A DNA stretch of 64,000 nt from Prochlorococcus sp. W8 (lineage in GTDB: Bacteria > Cyanobacteriota > Cyanobacteriia > PCC-6307 > Cyanobiaceae), in NCBI GenBank assembly GCA_000291825.1, contig ALPF01000004.1, positions 45,589-109,588 of the forward strand, given 5' to 3'. Shown here in pieces: positions 42,352-53,072 of this stretch. Numbering within the stretch: position 1 is the stretch's first letter; the number at the start of each line of letters is the position of its first letter. Under the pieces are notes generated by a model. It saw only the letters and a program-made list of their open reading frames with translations, was not told the DNA's origin and made no database searches. The translations under genes and the position numbers were made by a program.

Positions 42352-43931
42352 ATTTTTGATTTTAAATATAATTTATTAACTTTAAAGAATTTTGTTAATA
42401 CATAAAAAATTAATGTAAAAACGGCGAAACCAATTGCTAATAATGTTATTTTTGAGATGAAACTATTTCTTGCATAATAAATTTGATTTAATAAAGATAA
42501 GGATATTGAACTAGCAAAAATGCAAGAAATTACTTTAAAAGCCACCTTTTTTAGCATTAAAAGATTCGGGATATCATAGTTATTTTTTATTAATCTCAAT
42601 GATAAAGTTGAACAAACTATTAAGTTGACAAATCCTGAAGATAAAACAACTCCTACAGCTCCATAATTAAAACTAAGCAAATTCCCATTATTTATTGTTG
42701 GAGCACCTGTAAGAATCCAATCAAATATAATATTTAAAACTATTCCAACTGTAGATATTTGAAAAGGTAGTTTAGTTTTCTCAATAGAGTAATAAAATCT
42801 GATGAGTAAATCTCTATATAGATAAAATGGAATACCAACTGCATAAGCTATTAAAATTTTTTGAACCATAAAAACTGCTTGGTTATCAAAAGCACCTCTT
42901 TGAAAGACCAATTCAACAATTAATCCACTAAAAGTTATAAGCAAACCGCCCAAAAATATAGTTGATAGAAAACAATTCTCTATACCTTCAATCAGAATTT
43001 GCTTTACTTGATTCTTTTTGTTTTTGTTGATTAGTTTTGAAAATTTTGGGAGCAAAGGCAAAATTAAAGTATTTGATAATATGCCTAGAGGCGCTTGAAT
43101 TAAAAGATTTCCATAAGCCAATCCCGAAGCTGCTCCTCTAAAACTGGAAATAAAAAACATGTCAACAAAAACATTTATTTGTCCAAGCCCAGAAGCTAAG
43201 GAAGCTGGTAATATAAGATTTAATATTCTTTTCTCTGCATGAGTTGCTTTCATCAAAATAATTTTTAAATCTAATAATCCAGTTTTATAAGTTTCGTATA
43301 GTTGAATAAAAAACTGTATTGTTGTGCCTGTTAGGGTTGCTGTAGCTAATAATAACGATTTAGATAAGTAACTTATTCCAAAATCTTGAAAATTATTTAG
43401 CCAAGAAAATGCAATGAAAATTACTGTAACTAAACTAATGATAGAGGGACTTAAACTAGATATAAAGAATTTATTTTTGGTATTTAATGCGCCATAGCTA
43501 AGCCCAATAAATCCAGAGAGAGGGATGCATGGTGAAAGTATTTTTAATTGTTGTATAGCAATGATTTGACTTTCATTATTTAAATTTGGTGCAAGAAACG
43601 GAATTATAAAGTCTGCTTTTAGAAATATAAGACAACCGATTAAAAGTAGTACGAAGGTTATTTTTAAACTTACCTGGTTAAGTATAATTGCAGCTTCTTT
43701 TGTTTTTAAAGGAGTTAAGACGGCTACTAATGCATTATGAAGAGGACCATTTATACCACTAATTATAATTATCAAGAAACCAGGAATTATGTAAGCATAG
43801 TTATATGCGTCATATGCAATACCTATCCCATATGCTCCTGCAATAAATACTTGTCTTATAAATCCAATAAATTTACTTAAAAAAGTTCCAAAGAAGATTG
43901 GAATAATATTATTTTTTAAAAAAGATTTCAT
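42348..43931 (-). CDS. murJ: Lipid II flippase MurJ (MviN)
   Basis: SK..GFIRQ, DAYNYAY.IP, GINGP, FQRGAFD; many TM helices. Confidence 0.93.
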   Translation of the reverse strand: MKSFLKNNIIPIFFGTFLSKFIGFIRQVFIAGAYGIGIAYDAYNYAYIIPGFLIIIISGINGPLHNALVAVLTPLKTKEAAIILNQVSLKITFVLLLIGCLIFLKADFIIPFLAPNLNNESQIIAIQQLKILSPCIPLSGFIGLSYGALNTKNKFFISSLSPSIISLVTVIFIAFSWLNNFQDFGISYLSKSLLLATATLTGTTIQFFIQLYETYKTGLLDLKIILMKATHAEKRILNLILPASLASGLGQINVFVDMFFISSFRGAASGLAYGNLLIQAPLGILSNTLILPLLPKFSKLINKNKKNQVKQILIEGIENCFLSTIFLGGLLITFSGLIVELVFQRGAFDNQAVFMVQKILIAYAVGIPFYLYRDLLIRFYYSIEKTKLPFQISTVGIVLNIIFDWILTGAPTINNGNLLSFNYGAVGVVLSSGFVNLIVCSTLSLRLIKNNYDIPNLLMLKKVAFKVISCIFASSISLSLLNQIYYARNSFISKITLLAIGFAVFTLIFYVLTKFFKVNKLYLKSKI

Positions 43932-43999
43932 GTAATAGTTATATCTTTTTTATCAAAATTTTAATAATGTAAATAAATAAATTTTTTATTTTATACAAA

Positions 44000-44749
44000 A
44001 TGAGTAATCGATTGATTACGTTTGAACCTTTAAAAGAGGGGAAATTAATAAAAAGATATAAAAGATTTCTTGCGGATATTGAACTTGATGATGGCACTAC
44101 TATTACTGCTCATTGTCCAAATACAGGGCCAATGAAAAGTTTGATCACAAAAGATTCACGAGTAAGGGTAAGTTTTTCACCCTCTCCAACAAGAAAACTC
44201 TCTTGGACATGGGAACAAGTAGAGATTATTAGTAATCAAGGTGAAAAAATATGGGTGGGAGTAAATACACTATTTGCAAATAAATTAATAAGAAAAACTA
44301 TTGAAGATAAATTATTAGAAGAATTTATAGGTGAAATAGAATTAATCAGGGCAGAAGTACCCTATGGGATAGATAATAAAAGTAGGATAGATTTTCTAAT
44401 TACTCCAAAATCATCAAATCCTGATAAAAGAAAGATATACATAGAAGTAAAAAATACTACTTGGGTTAAAGATGATGTTGCTCTTTTCCCAGACACAATT
44501 ACAACTAGGGGGCAAAAACATTTAAGAGAATTAATGGAAATAATTCCAAATTCAAAAGGTGTTTTAATACCCTGTATCACGAGAAAGGATGTACAATCTT
44601 TTTCATCTGGTGATGAAGTAGATCCCTTATATGGCAACTTGTTTCGCGAATCTATTATGAAAGGCTTGCTAGTAATACCTTGCTGTTTTTCTTTCTTTAA
44701 AGACCATGTAATTTTAGAAAAAATTATACCTGTATTGGGAACTAACTAG
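44000..44749 (+). CDS. sfsA: Sugar fermentation stimulation protein / nuclease SfsA
   Basis: [37 protein letters not shown]. Confidence 0.95.
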   Translation: MSNRLITFEPLKEGKLIKRYKRFLADIELDDGTTITAHCPNTGPMKSLITKDSRVRVSFSPSPTRKLSWTWEQVEIISNQGEKIWVGVNTLFANKLIRKTIEDKLLEEFIGEIELIRAEVPYGIDNKSRIDFLITPKSSNPDKRKIYIEVKNTTWVKDDVALFPDTITTRGQKHLRELMEIIPNSKGVLIPCITRKDVQSFSSGDEVDPLYGNLFRESIMKGLLVIPCCFSFFKDHVILEKIIPVLGTN

Positions 44750-44823
44750 GATTTCTTCTAGATAAATCATTAGTCAAATAATGAATTTTCAAAATTAATA
44801 TTTATTAATAAACTCTCAAAACG

Positions 44824-44866
44824 GTATAAACAACTACTAGCCATGAATATATTTTCTGTTCAAAAT
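44824..44866 (+). promoter_or_regulatory. NtcA-activated promoter of amt1
   Basis: Perfect GTA-TAAACAAC-TAC (44824-44837) with a CAAAAT -10-like box 23 nt downstream. Confidence 0.82.
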
Positions 44867-44919
44867 TATATGTGAAGAGAACAGGAGAAACCTGTTTTCT
44901 CTTGTAAATAAAAAAATTT

Positions 44920-46380
44920 ATGACCACTGCAATGCAATCGCCTCAAAGGCGCTCTAGGTCAAAATTACAAGATGTAAGTCTTGTAAATGGCCCAATGCTC
45001 CTACTAAGGAGTATACGTGGATTCAGTTCAAATCGCTCTCTTATGTGGCTTGCTACTGTTCCATTAGCTTTATTTGGATTAGGTATTTTCAATCTTTCTG
45101 CTCATGCAGCTGATTTACCTGAATTGAATGCAGCTTTTCTTGCCAATAATTTATGGCTTTTGATCGCTACAATTCTTGTGATCTTCATGAATGCTGGCTT
45201 CGCTATGGTTGAAGCAGGTATGTGCCGTTCAAAAAACGCAGTTAACATACTTGCAAAAAACCTTTTCGTATTTGCTCTTGCTGTAACTGCATATTGGTTT
45301 GTCGGTTACTCAATTATGTATGGAGGAAGTCTAGCTGAAGGTTGGCTGTATTTTAATGGGTTATTTTTTGATCCTACAGTAACTGCTGAAACTGTAGCTG
45401 ATGGCGGATTAGTCCCTACTGTAGATTTTCTATTCCAGTCTGCTTTCGCTGGGACTGCTGCAACAATTGTTTCTGGACTTGTCGCTGAAAGAGTTAAGTT
45501 TGGTGAATTTGTTGTTTTTGCTTTAGTACTGACAGCGGTGATTTATCCAATATCAGGAAGTTGGCAATGGAATGGGGGTTGGTTATCTGAATTGGGATTT
45601 GTTGATTTTGCGGGATCCTCTATTGTTCACTCTGTTGGAGCTTGGGCTGGATTAGTTGGCGCAATGTTACTAGGTCCAAGGATTGGTAAGTTTGTTTCTG
45701 GAAGTCCGCAAGCAATGCCTGGTCACAACATGGCTATTGCAACCTTAGGAGCACTTGTTCTATGGATTGGTTGGTATGGTTTTAACCCTGGCTCTCAATT
45801 GGCTATGGATCAGTGGGTCCCTTATGTAGCAGTTACTACAACATTAGCTGCTGCTGGTGGAGCTATAGGTGCAACTATTATTTCTACATTGACCTCTGGT
45901 AAACCAGACTTAACCATGATTATCAATGGTATTCTTGCAGGACTTGTAAGTATTACTGCCGGCTGTGCAAATTTAACACTTGTAGGCTCTTGGTTTGCAG
46001 GCTTAGTAGGAGGAGTGATTGTTGTATTCGCAGTTTCTGCTTTAGATGCTGCTGAAATTGATGATCCTGTTGGCGCATTCTCAGTACACGGAGTTTGCGG
46101 TGTCTGGGGAACTTTAGTTGTAGGTATTTGGGGCTATGACATACAAGGTGATGGATCTCCTCTTGGTTTCTTAGTTGGTGCTGGATTTAATCAATTCTTT
46201 GTACAAGCACTTGGATGCGCAGCTTATGCAATATGGACACTTGTTACATGTTGGATAGCTTGGTCAGTCATTGGAGGATTATTCGGCGGAATCAGAGTAT
46301 CTGAAAAAGAAGAGATACAAGGTTTAGATATTGGAGAGCATGGAATGGAAGCATATCCTGACTTTGCAACTAGTAAATAA
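44920..46380 (+). CDS. amt1: Ammonium transporter
   Basis: FMNAGFAMVEAG, DFAGSSIVH, WIGWYGFN.GS, DDPVGAFSVHG. Confidence 0.98.
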   Translation: MTTAMQSPQRRSRSKLQDVSLVNGPMLLLRSIRGFSSNRSLMWLATVPLALFGLGIFNLSAHAADLPELNAAFLANNLWLLIATILVIFMNAGFAMVEAGMCRSKNAVNILAKNLFVFALAVTAYWFVGYSIMYGGSLAEGWLYFNGLFFDPTVTAETVADGGLVPTVDFLFQSAFAGTAATIVSGLVAERVKFGEFVVFALVLTAVIYPISGSWQWNGGWLSELGFVDFAGSSIVHSVGAWAGLVGAMLLGPRIGKFVSGSPQAMPGHNMAIATLGALVLWIGWYGFNPGSQLAMDQWVPYVAVTTTLAAAGGAIGATIISTLTSGKPDLTMIINGILAGLVSITAGCANLTLVGSWFAGLVGGVIVVFAVSALDAAEIDDPVGAFSVHGVCGVWGTLVVGIWGYDIQGDGSPLGFLVGAGFNQFFVQALGCAAYAIWTLVTCWIAWSVIGGLFGGIRVSEKEEIQGLDIGEHGMEAYPDFATSK

Positions 46381-46396
46381 ACTTAGTTTTGTAAAG

Positions 46397-46427
46397 AAAA
46401 AACCTGACTTATGTCAGGTTTTTTTTT
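46397..46427 (+). terminator. amt1 intrinsic terminator
   Basis: AAAAAACCTGAC-TTAT-GTCAGG followed by a T-run. Confidence 0.92.
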
Positions 46428-46467
46428 GTTTCTTTAAATTTAATCAAAATGTTGTAATATCTTAAAC

Positions 46468-47664
46468 ATGGATACTCAAGCAGTAAAACACACCATACAA
46501 CACTCAGGAAGGTATAACCGTAGAGGTTTTGAATCTCCTACTCAGCGAGCAAAGGCGCTAGGGGAGTCATATCAAAGTGAATTAATAGCATCTATAAGGG
46601 AAAATAATTTTACTTTTCAAAAGGGTAGATTAAATATTCAATTAGCTAAATCATTTGGATTTTGTTGGGGTGTTGAACGCGCTGTTGCAATGGCTTATGA
46701 GACGCGCAGACATTATCCAAAAGAAACTATTTGGATGACGAATGAAATAATCCATAATCCATCAGTCAATAATCATTTAAGTAGAATGAATGTGAAAATA
46801 ATTTCTGCAAAAAATGGAATAAAGGATTTTTCATCAGTTTCACATGGAGATGTTGTTATTCTTCCAGCTTTTGGAGCGACTGTTCAAGAAATGCAATTAT
46901 TACATGAGAAAGAATGTCATATTATTGATACAACTTGTCCATGGGTATCTAAGGTTTGGCATACGGTTGAGAAGCATAAAAAACATACTTTTACTTCAAT
47001 TATTCATGGTAAATATAAGCATGAAGAAACTCTTGCTACTAGATCTTTTGCTGGAAATTATTTAGTTGTTTTTGATTTAGCTGAAGCAGAGTACGTATCA
47101 AATTACATATTAGGTAAAGAGAAGAAAGAAGAATTTATGAAAAAGTTTGCGAAAGCGTGCTCTAAAGGATTTGATCCTGATATCCATCTTGAAAGAGTTG
47201 GTGTAGCGAATCAAACCACAATGCTCAAAAGTGAGACTGAAGAAATTGGAAAATTATTTGAAAATACTATGTTAAAAAAATATGGTCCTGCAAAGATTAA
47301 TGATCATTTCTTAGCTTTTAATACTATTTGTGATGCTACTGAAGAGAGACAAGATGCAATGTTTTCATTAGTTGATGAAGATCTAGATATACTTGTAGTA
47401 ATAGGAGGATTTAATTCATCTAACACAACTCATCTTCAAGAAATTGCGGTTACTAATAATATCGTATCTTTTCATATTGATACCCCTGATAGGATTTCAG
47501 TAGAAAACAATTCAATATGTCATAAGCCTCTCGAGTCGGATTTGGTATTGAAGAAAAATTTTATTCCGGATGGGAATATTAATGTTGGAATTACCTCTGG
47601 TGCCTCTACTCCAGATAAAGTTGTAGCAGATGTTATTGAAAAACTAGTTTTAATAACTTCATAA
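46468..47664 (+). CDS. ispH: 4-hydroxy-3-methylbut-2-enyl diphosphate reductase
   Basis: [36 protein letters not shown]. Confidence 0.97.
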   Translation: MDTQAVKHTIQHSGRYNRRGFESPTQRAKALGESYQSELIASIRENNFTFQKGRLNIQLAKSFGFCWGVERAVAMAYETRRHYPKETIWMTNEIIHNPSVNNHLSRMNVKIISAKNGIKDFSSVSHGDVVILPAFGATVQEMQLLHEKECHIIDTTCPWVSKVWHTVEKHKKHTFTSIIHGKYKHEETLATRSFAGNYLVVFDLAEAEYVSNYILGKEKKEEFMKKFAKACSKGFDPDIHLERVGVANQTTMLKSETEEIGKLFENTMLKKYGPAKINDHFLAFNTICDATEERQDAMFSLVDEDLDILVVIGGFNSSNTTHLQEIAVTNNIVSFHIDTPDRISVENNSICHKPLESDLVLKKNFIPDGNINVGITSGASTPDKVVADVIEKLVLITS

Positions 47665-47750
47665 TCTCAAATTAGCTTATTAATTTAATAATTTTTAAAT
47701 TTCCTAAAGATGTACTTTATTATTTAGAATAATAAAAACTTAAAAGTAAT

Positions 47751-48311
47751 ATGGAAGACACATCACTCCCTGAACAGAATCAAACCGCTCAAATGAATAC
47801 ATCTAAAGCTCCCCAAAAGGTAGAAGTAGTTGTAGCTAATCCTACTGGAAATCCTGAAGTTAATATTTTGGGAGAATTATCAATTTTTATTCTAAGAATA
47901 GGCTTCTCTTTATTGATGATTCATCATGGACTAGAAAAACTTCAAGATCCTCAGGGTTTTGCTGAATTTGTTGTTGGAAAATATTTTCCCTTTTTACCTG
48001 GCGATCCTGTTGTCTGGACATTTGGTGCAGCAATAACCCAGTTAGTTTGTCCGCTTGGTTTAGCTACTGGTGTTTTTGCTAGGTTATCCGCTTTAGGTCT
48101 CTTTTCAACTATGGCATTTGCTTTATATTTCCATATGTTGGATACAGGTTTAGAGGGTTTCCCACTGGCTGTCGTAGAGGGACATAATTATGCATTTGAA
48201 TTGTCATTTATTTATGGAGCGATTTCGCTTTATTTCTTATGTGCGGGTCCAGGAAGATTAGCTCTATTTAGAAAGACAAATAAAATAACATATTATCCTA
48301 AGAGTAACTAG
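47751..48311 (+). CDS. DoxX family membrane protein
   Basis: LRIG...MIHHG.EKL, G.FAR, FEL...Y, GPGR.A. Confidence 0.85.
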   Translation: MEDTSLPEQNQTAQMNTSKAPQKVEVVVANPTGNPEVNILGELSIFILRIGFSLLMIHHGLEKLQDPQGFAEFVVGKYFPFLPGDPVVWTFGAAITQLVCPLGLATGVFARLSALGLFSTMAFALYFHMLDTGLEGFPLAVVEGHNYAFELSFIYGAISLYFLCAGPGRLALFRKTNKITYYPKSN

Positions 48312-49852
48312 TGAAGGAAGTGTCTTCTATTAGTAAATATCATTGATATATCTAATTTATTACACATATCTACCGATTCTTGATCTCTAACACTGCCTCC
48401 AGGTTGAATAATTGATTTAATACCATACTTATTTGCAATTTCAACACTATCTGCGAAAGGGAAGAACCCATCGCTTGCAAGTGAGCCACCCTTTGAATTA
48501 TTTTTTGCAGATTCAAGAGCTATTCTGGCAGCACCTACCCTATTCATTTGACCCGCTCCAATGCCAATTGTCTGTAATCCTTTAGAAATTACAATTGCAT
48601 TAGATTTAACATGTTTGCAAACTTTCCATGCAAAATCTAAATTATTCAACTCCTCTTCAGTTGGCTTTTTATTTGTAACTAATTCCCATTCATGGCTATT
48701 ATCTTCGATATTGTCACTTTCTTGAATTAATAGCCCACCTAAAATTGACTTATATGAAGATTGATTTTTGTAATTAATATTTTTAAGATCTAATTCAAGA
48801 AGTCTTAGATTTTTTTTGTTTTTAAGAATATCTAATGCTTCTTTGCTAAAAGATGGAGCTACTACGCACTCAAGAAATATATTGGAAAGTTGTTTAGCCG
48901 TATCAATATTAACAATATTATTTAGGGCTACTATTCCACCAAATGCACTAATAGGATCACATGCAAGTGCTTTTTTAAAAGCATCCTCAATAGAGCTACT
49001 TATAGCTGCCCCGCAGGGATTATTGTGTTTTAGTATGATCGCAGCATTTTGGCTTAGTTCGGATTTGTTTTTGTTGAACTCTAAAATGGTGGATAGAGCT
49101 GATTCCAGATCAAGTAGATTGTTATAACTCAATTCTTTCCCTTGCAATTGCTTAGCTTTCTTCCAGCCTTCATCATATGAACCATACCAATTCGCCTTTT
49201 GGTGGGGATTTTCCCCATACCTCAGAGTCTGAATTAATTGATTGGTATCTAAATGATATTTTTTCTCAAGTTTTTTTTCTTTGCTCATCCAATTAGAAAT
49301 TGCTACATCATAATTCGCAGTATGTTGAAAAGCTTCATAGGCTAATTTGGTTCTAAATTGATTTGAGAGTTTCCCTTTCTTTAACTCACTTAAAAAATGA
49401 TCATATTGATTAGGGTCTATTAATACAGAGACATCTTTATGATTTTTTGCAGCTGATCTAATCATGGAGGGACCTCCAATATCAATATTTTCTATTGCTT
49501 CATCCCAATCACAATTATCTTTGATTTTTTTTTGAAAAGGATATAAATTTACAACTACAAGATCAATAAATTCAAAATTATTTACTGCCAAATCATTAAT
49601 ATGATTTTTATCAGATCTTTTTGCTAAAATTCCACCATGAATTTTAGGATGAAGTGTTTTTACCCTTCCCTCTAGTATCTCTGGCGATTTTGTGAAATCT
49701 GAAACTTTGATCACAGGTATATTGGCTTTACTTAAATACTTTGCAGTTCCTCCACTTGATATAATTCTGTAATTAAATTTTTCCACTAACGTTTTCGTAA
49801 AAGCTATGATGTTGGTTTTATCAGAGACACTTATTAAAGCAAATGGAGACAT
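48308..49852 (-). CDS. purH: Bifunctional AICAR transformylase / IMP cyclohydrolase
   Basis: ALISVSDK, GRVKTLHP, IDIGGP, RYGENPHQ, KHNNPCG, SDGFFPF. Confidence 0.98.
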   Translation of the reverse strand: MSPFALISVSDKTNIIAFTKTLVEKFNYRIISSGGTAKYLSKANIPVIKVSDFTKSPEILEGRVKTLHPKIHGGILAKRSDKNHINDLAVNNFEFIDLVVVNLYPFQKKIKDNCDWDEAIENIDIGGPSMIRSAAKNHKDVSVLIDPNQYDHFLSELKKGKLSNQFRTKLAYEAFQHTANYDVAISNWMSKEKKLEKKYHLDTNQLIQTLRYGENPHQKANWYGSYDEGWKKAKQLQGKELSYNNLLDLESALSTILEFNKNKSELSQNAAIILKHNNPCGAAISSSIEDAFKKALACDPISAFGGIVALNNIVNIDTAKQLSNIFLECVVAPSFSKEALDILKNKKNLRLLELDLKNINYKNQSSYKSILGGLLIQESDNIEDNSHEWELVTNKKPTEEELNNLDFAWKVCKHVKSNAIVISKGLQTIGIGAGQMNRVGAARIALESAKNNSKGGSLASDGFFPFADSVEIANKYGIKSIIQPGGSVRDQESVDMCNKLDISMIFTNRRHFLH

Positions 49853-49886
49853 TTAGAATTTTATTTCGTTACTTAAGAATATACAC

Positions 49887-50501
49887 ATGAAATCTTTTAT
49901 GCATCATGAATATGTTTCAATTAACTCTAAAAGTTCGAAATATAGAATAATTCTTCTTCACGGCTGGGGAGCTGATGCCGATGATCTTTTACCTATAGGG
50001 AAACAGGTTACAGATGGTTTAGAAAAAGATTTTGATATTATTTCTTTAAGAGCTCCTAATTTAAGAACTGATAATATAGGTAGGCAATGGTATGGTTTAT
50101 ATCCTGCTAATTGGTCAGAAGCAGAACTTGAGGTTGATAAGTTAATATCTACACTGAAAGAAATAGGTAATAAAAATATCCCTCTTAGTAATTCAATCTT
50201 ACTAGGCTTTTCTCAGGGAGCAGCAATGAGTATCGCGGCTGGTTCAAGATTAAATTTAGGTTTAATAGTCTCTTGTAGTGGATATCCTCATCCTAAATGG
50301 GATAAAAAAATTAATTCACCAATATTATTAAGTCATGGTAAAAAAGATGAAGTTGTGCCAGTAGCAGCCTCTAGGCAAATCTATGATGATATAACAAAAT
50401 ACTCAAATCATTCATGTAAATTGCATGAATTTAGTGGATTTCATGAAATTGATATTGATTTTATCGATGTGATAAGGTCTGAAATTAATATTATTTTTTA
50501 A
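49887..50501 (+). CDS. Alpha/beta-hydrolase (phospholipase/carboxylesterase)
   Basis: LLHGWG, GFSQG nucleophile motif, HG..DEVVP, HEI. Confidence 0.9.
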   Translation: MKSFMHHEYVSINSKSSKYRIILLHGWGADADDLLPIGKQVTDGLEKDFDIISLRAPNLRTDNIGRQWYGLYPANWSEAELEVDKLISTLKEIGNKNIPLSNSILLGFSQGAAMSIAAGSRLNLGLIVSCSGYPHPKWDKKINSPILLSHGKKDEVVPVAASRQIYDDITKYSNHSCKLHEFSGFHEIDIDFIDVIRSEINIIF

Positions 50502-50866
50502 ACAAACGCGTATTCATACTCTTCAATTTCCTCCCAATCATCTGCAGATAATTCTAATCCTTCAAAAATCTTTTCTTCTCCAATGCCTTCAACGACAGTT
50601 TTTAATGATGGAAATAGAAAATGGTTTTCTTCTGCGTATTGAGCACTAAATAATCCTTTTTCTCCCCAAAAGAACCTATCAGTAGTGTGCTCATTTCTTC
50701 TCACATTGAATACGCATGGAGCGGATAAACCGTTTTCAGCTATGAATCTTCTAGCTGCCGTTACAGGCTTGTGTTTACCTGTCTCAATATGAAAGATCGG
50801 CACATGTGCCATAACTCTTTGTCCTGCTAATCTTCTTCTGCTAATTCTTTTTCTTTTTTTTGACAT
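50498..50866 (-). CDS. DUF3155 family cyanobacterial protein with Arg/Lys-rich N-terminus
   Basis: MSKKRKRISRRRLAGQRVMAHVP, KPVTAARRFI, FFWGEKGLFSAQYAEEN; GAGG RBS at 50877-50880. Confidence 0.85.
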   Translation of the reverse strand: MSKKRKRISRRRLAGQRVMAHVPIFHIETGKHKPVTAARRFIAENGLSAPCVFNVRRNEHTTDRFFWGEKGLFSAQYAEENHFLFPSLKTVVEGIGEEKIFEGLELSADDWEEIEEYEYAFV

Positions 50867-50894
50867 TACTTTAGATCCTCTTTAGTTCTTTTTT

Positions 50895-51041
50895 TTGATT
50901 AAAAGTAAAATTTTGTTTTACTAATCAATTAAATGTGACTTAATCACTTTGATATACATAGAGGACCCATCAACCTCTGATGTAGCATATTAATTATGAA
51001 CATTAGTTCATAAAAAAGGATGAACAAATTTAGACATCCTT
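50895..51041 (-). ncRNA. Candidate structured 5' leader (five tandem hairpins) of the DUF3155 gene
   Basis: Inverted repeats at 51016-51041, 50994-51013, 50955-50984, 50935-50947 and 50895-50928. Minus-strand TTGTAA-N16-TAAGAT promoter candidate at 51073-51046. Confidence 0.5.
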
Positions 51042-51113
51042 AATAATCTTAATACTTTTTTAATATTTTACAACCTTTTTTGGAAATTTTACAAAATTTT
51101 CTTGATTTTAATT

Positions 51114-52253
51114 ATGAAGCCCTCTATTAAATTTGAAGATTTAGTTTTAAAGCAGCTCGAGAGTTTTGGCTGCTTTATGGGGGTGAAGCAATTAGTCGTT
51201 TATTTAGCTTCTGCAAAAGAAGGAACTAATGCTGGCTTTGAGTTAATAGGGCAGTGGCCTCAAATAGATCGATCACTGCTTCCTATTGATGATGACCCGG
51301 AATTAAAAGTTGCCTCAGCAAATCGAAGATGGTATCCATTGCAAGATGAGGATATTTTAATTGGAGTTTTGAGGGTGGAAACAGAGTACAAAGAAAGTGA
51401 ATGGCCATTAATACTCGACTCAAGATTAAAAGCTTTAGCATCCTCATTAGCAAAAACTTTTTCTATTGAAATTGAAAGGCAAAAGAATAATAAGGAAATT
51501 AATTATCTTAGAAATCAAGTTGGGGTTATAGTTCATCAATTAAGAAATCCATTGGCTGCATTAAGAACTTATGCAAAATTACTTATTAATAGACTTGGCC
51601 CAGATAACGATGCTTTAGATATTGTTGAAAGTATGTTGAATGAGCAGAAGCAAATAAATGAATATGTAAATTCTTTTGATCAACTAAATAAAACCATAAA
51701 AATCCCAGGAGGAATTAGTGATGAGAGATTACTTCTTCCTCCCAATCTTAAATCTAATAAAATGATAAATCTTCAAAGTCTTTTATTACCTATTTTTGAG
51801 AGAGGCAAAGCCAGTGCAAAGTTGCAAAATAAAGTGTGGTACCAAAATGTTGAGTGGCCAGATTGGATCTTAGAAGAAGTCCCTTCAAGATATGGGGTAA
51901 TTGCTGAGATAATTGCAAATTTGTTAGAGAATGCTTTTAAATATTCAAATAAAAATTCTGAAGTTGGAGTAAAGTTTATAAAGGATGGAATTTTGATTTT
52001 TGACACTGGTGAAGTTATTTCAAAAGAAGACAAGGTAAATATTTTTAAAAAAGGTTTTAGAGGTTATGCTTCAAAAGATAAGGAGGGTTCTGGAGTGGGT
52101 CTTTATTTAGCAAGACAACTAGCTACCCAAATTGGTGGAGACTTAATTCTGCATGAACAAAATTATGATGAGGATTTAGATTCTTATTTTGAAGATACTA
52201 GTAAAGTTAATATTTTCTATCTAAAATTACCTAATGAAATATTGCATGCGTAA
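51114..52253 (+). CDS. Two-component sensor histidine kinase, Hik2/CSK-like
   Basis: H-box HQLRNPLAALRTYAKLL, N-box NLLENAFKY, D.G, F-box, GSGVGL; GAF-like N-terminus. Confidence 0.9.
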   Translation: MKPSIKFEDLVLKQLESFGCFMGVKQLVVYLASAKEGTNAGFELIGQWPQIDRSLLPIDDDPELKVASANRRWYPLQDEDILIGVLRVETEYKESEWPLILDSRLKALASSLAKTFSIEIERQKNNKEINYLRNQVGVIVHQLRNPLAALRTYAKLLINRLGPDNDALDIVESMLNEQKQINEYVNSFDQLNKTIKIPGGISDERLLLPPNLKSNKMINLQSLLLPIFERGKASAKLQNKVWYQNVEWPDWILEEVPSRYGVIAEIIANLLENAFKYSNKNSEVGVKFIKDGILIFDTGEVISKEDKVNIFKKGFRGYASKDKEGSGVGLYLARQLATQIGGDLILHEQNYDEDLDSYFEDTSKVNIFYLKLPNEILHA

Positions 52254-53022
52254 GAAGCAATATGGTCTCACATATTATGATGCTCGCACCGCAACTATCT
52301 CCATTGAAGCCCCCAATTTTTTTACCTAAAATTTGGGGTACCTTAAATGAGCAAACAATACTGATAAAGAATAGAGATAAATGTTTGAAAATATCCTGAA
52401 AAGAATTAGATGTTGAGAAATTTAGAGTAATAATTATTGATAAAAATAATATTGAAATAATCGCCTCTTGTTTTAAACCCCTCCAATATTTTTTATGAGA
52501 CAAAGTTTTACTTCTGTAGCTGATATATTTAAATTTTTCTATATAAATAAGAGTTGAGAATCTTCCCCAGAATAAACATACTGGCAAACTGTAAATCAAG
52601 CTATTCTCAAGTTGAATTATTGAAGCTAATTGTATCAAACCAAAAATAATCATAGCGAGAACTCCAAATGATCCAACTCGAGAGTCTTTCATGGCTTTTA
52701 GCTTTTTTTTCTTATTTGCATATATTCCATCAAAAGTATCCATTAAACCGTCAAGATGTAGGCCTCCTGTGAGAATATATCCACTTACTAAACAAATAAT
52801 TGCACTTGCTATTAGAGACCAAGAGTTACTTATTAATAGTTTAAAAATAAGGCATTGAATTAATCCAATAATCAAACCCAAAGCAGGTGAAAATTGCGCT
52901 ATATTTTTAAACTTTGGTTTTAAATAAGGTAGCTGTGGAAATATCGTATAAAATATCCAAGCACCTGCAAAATTATTTAGGAGATTCTTTCTAATAACAA
53001 ATAAGTCTATATCTTTTATCAA
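52231..53022 (-). CDS. cobS: Adenosylcobinamide-GDP ribazoletransferase
   Basis: TGGLHLDGLMDTFDG, MKDSRVGSFG, GGFNGD..GA. Confidence 0.95.
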   Translation of the reverse strand: MIKDIDLFVIRKNLLNNFAGAWIFYTIFPQLPYLKPKFKNIAQFSPALGLIIGLIQCLIFKLLISNSWSLIASAIICLVSGYILTGGLHLDGLMDTFDGIYANKKKKLKAMKDSRVGSFGVLAMIIFGLIQLASIIQLENSLIYSLPVCLFWGRFSTLIYIEKFKYISYRSKTLSHKKYWRGLKQEAIISILFLSIIITLNFSTSNSFQDIFKHLSLFFISIVCSFKVPQILGKKIGGFNGDSCGASIIICETILLLTHAIFH

Positions 53023-53072
53023 TAATAGGGTAAATTTAGAAAATATTTTAGATTATAAAATTTATAAAGATT

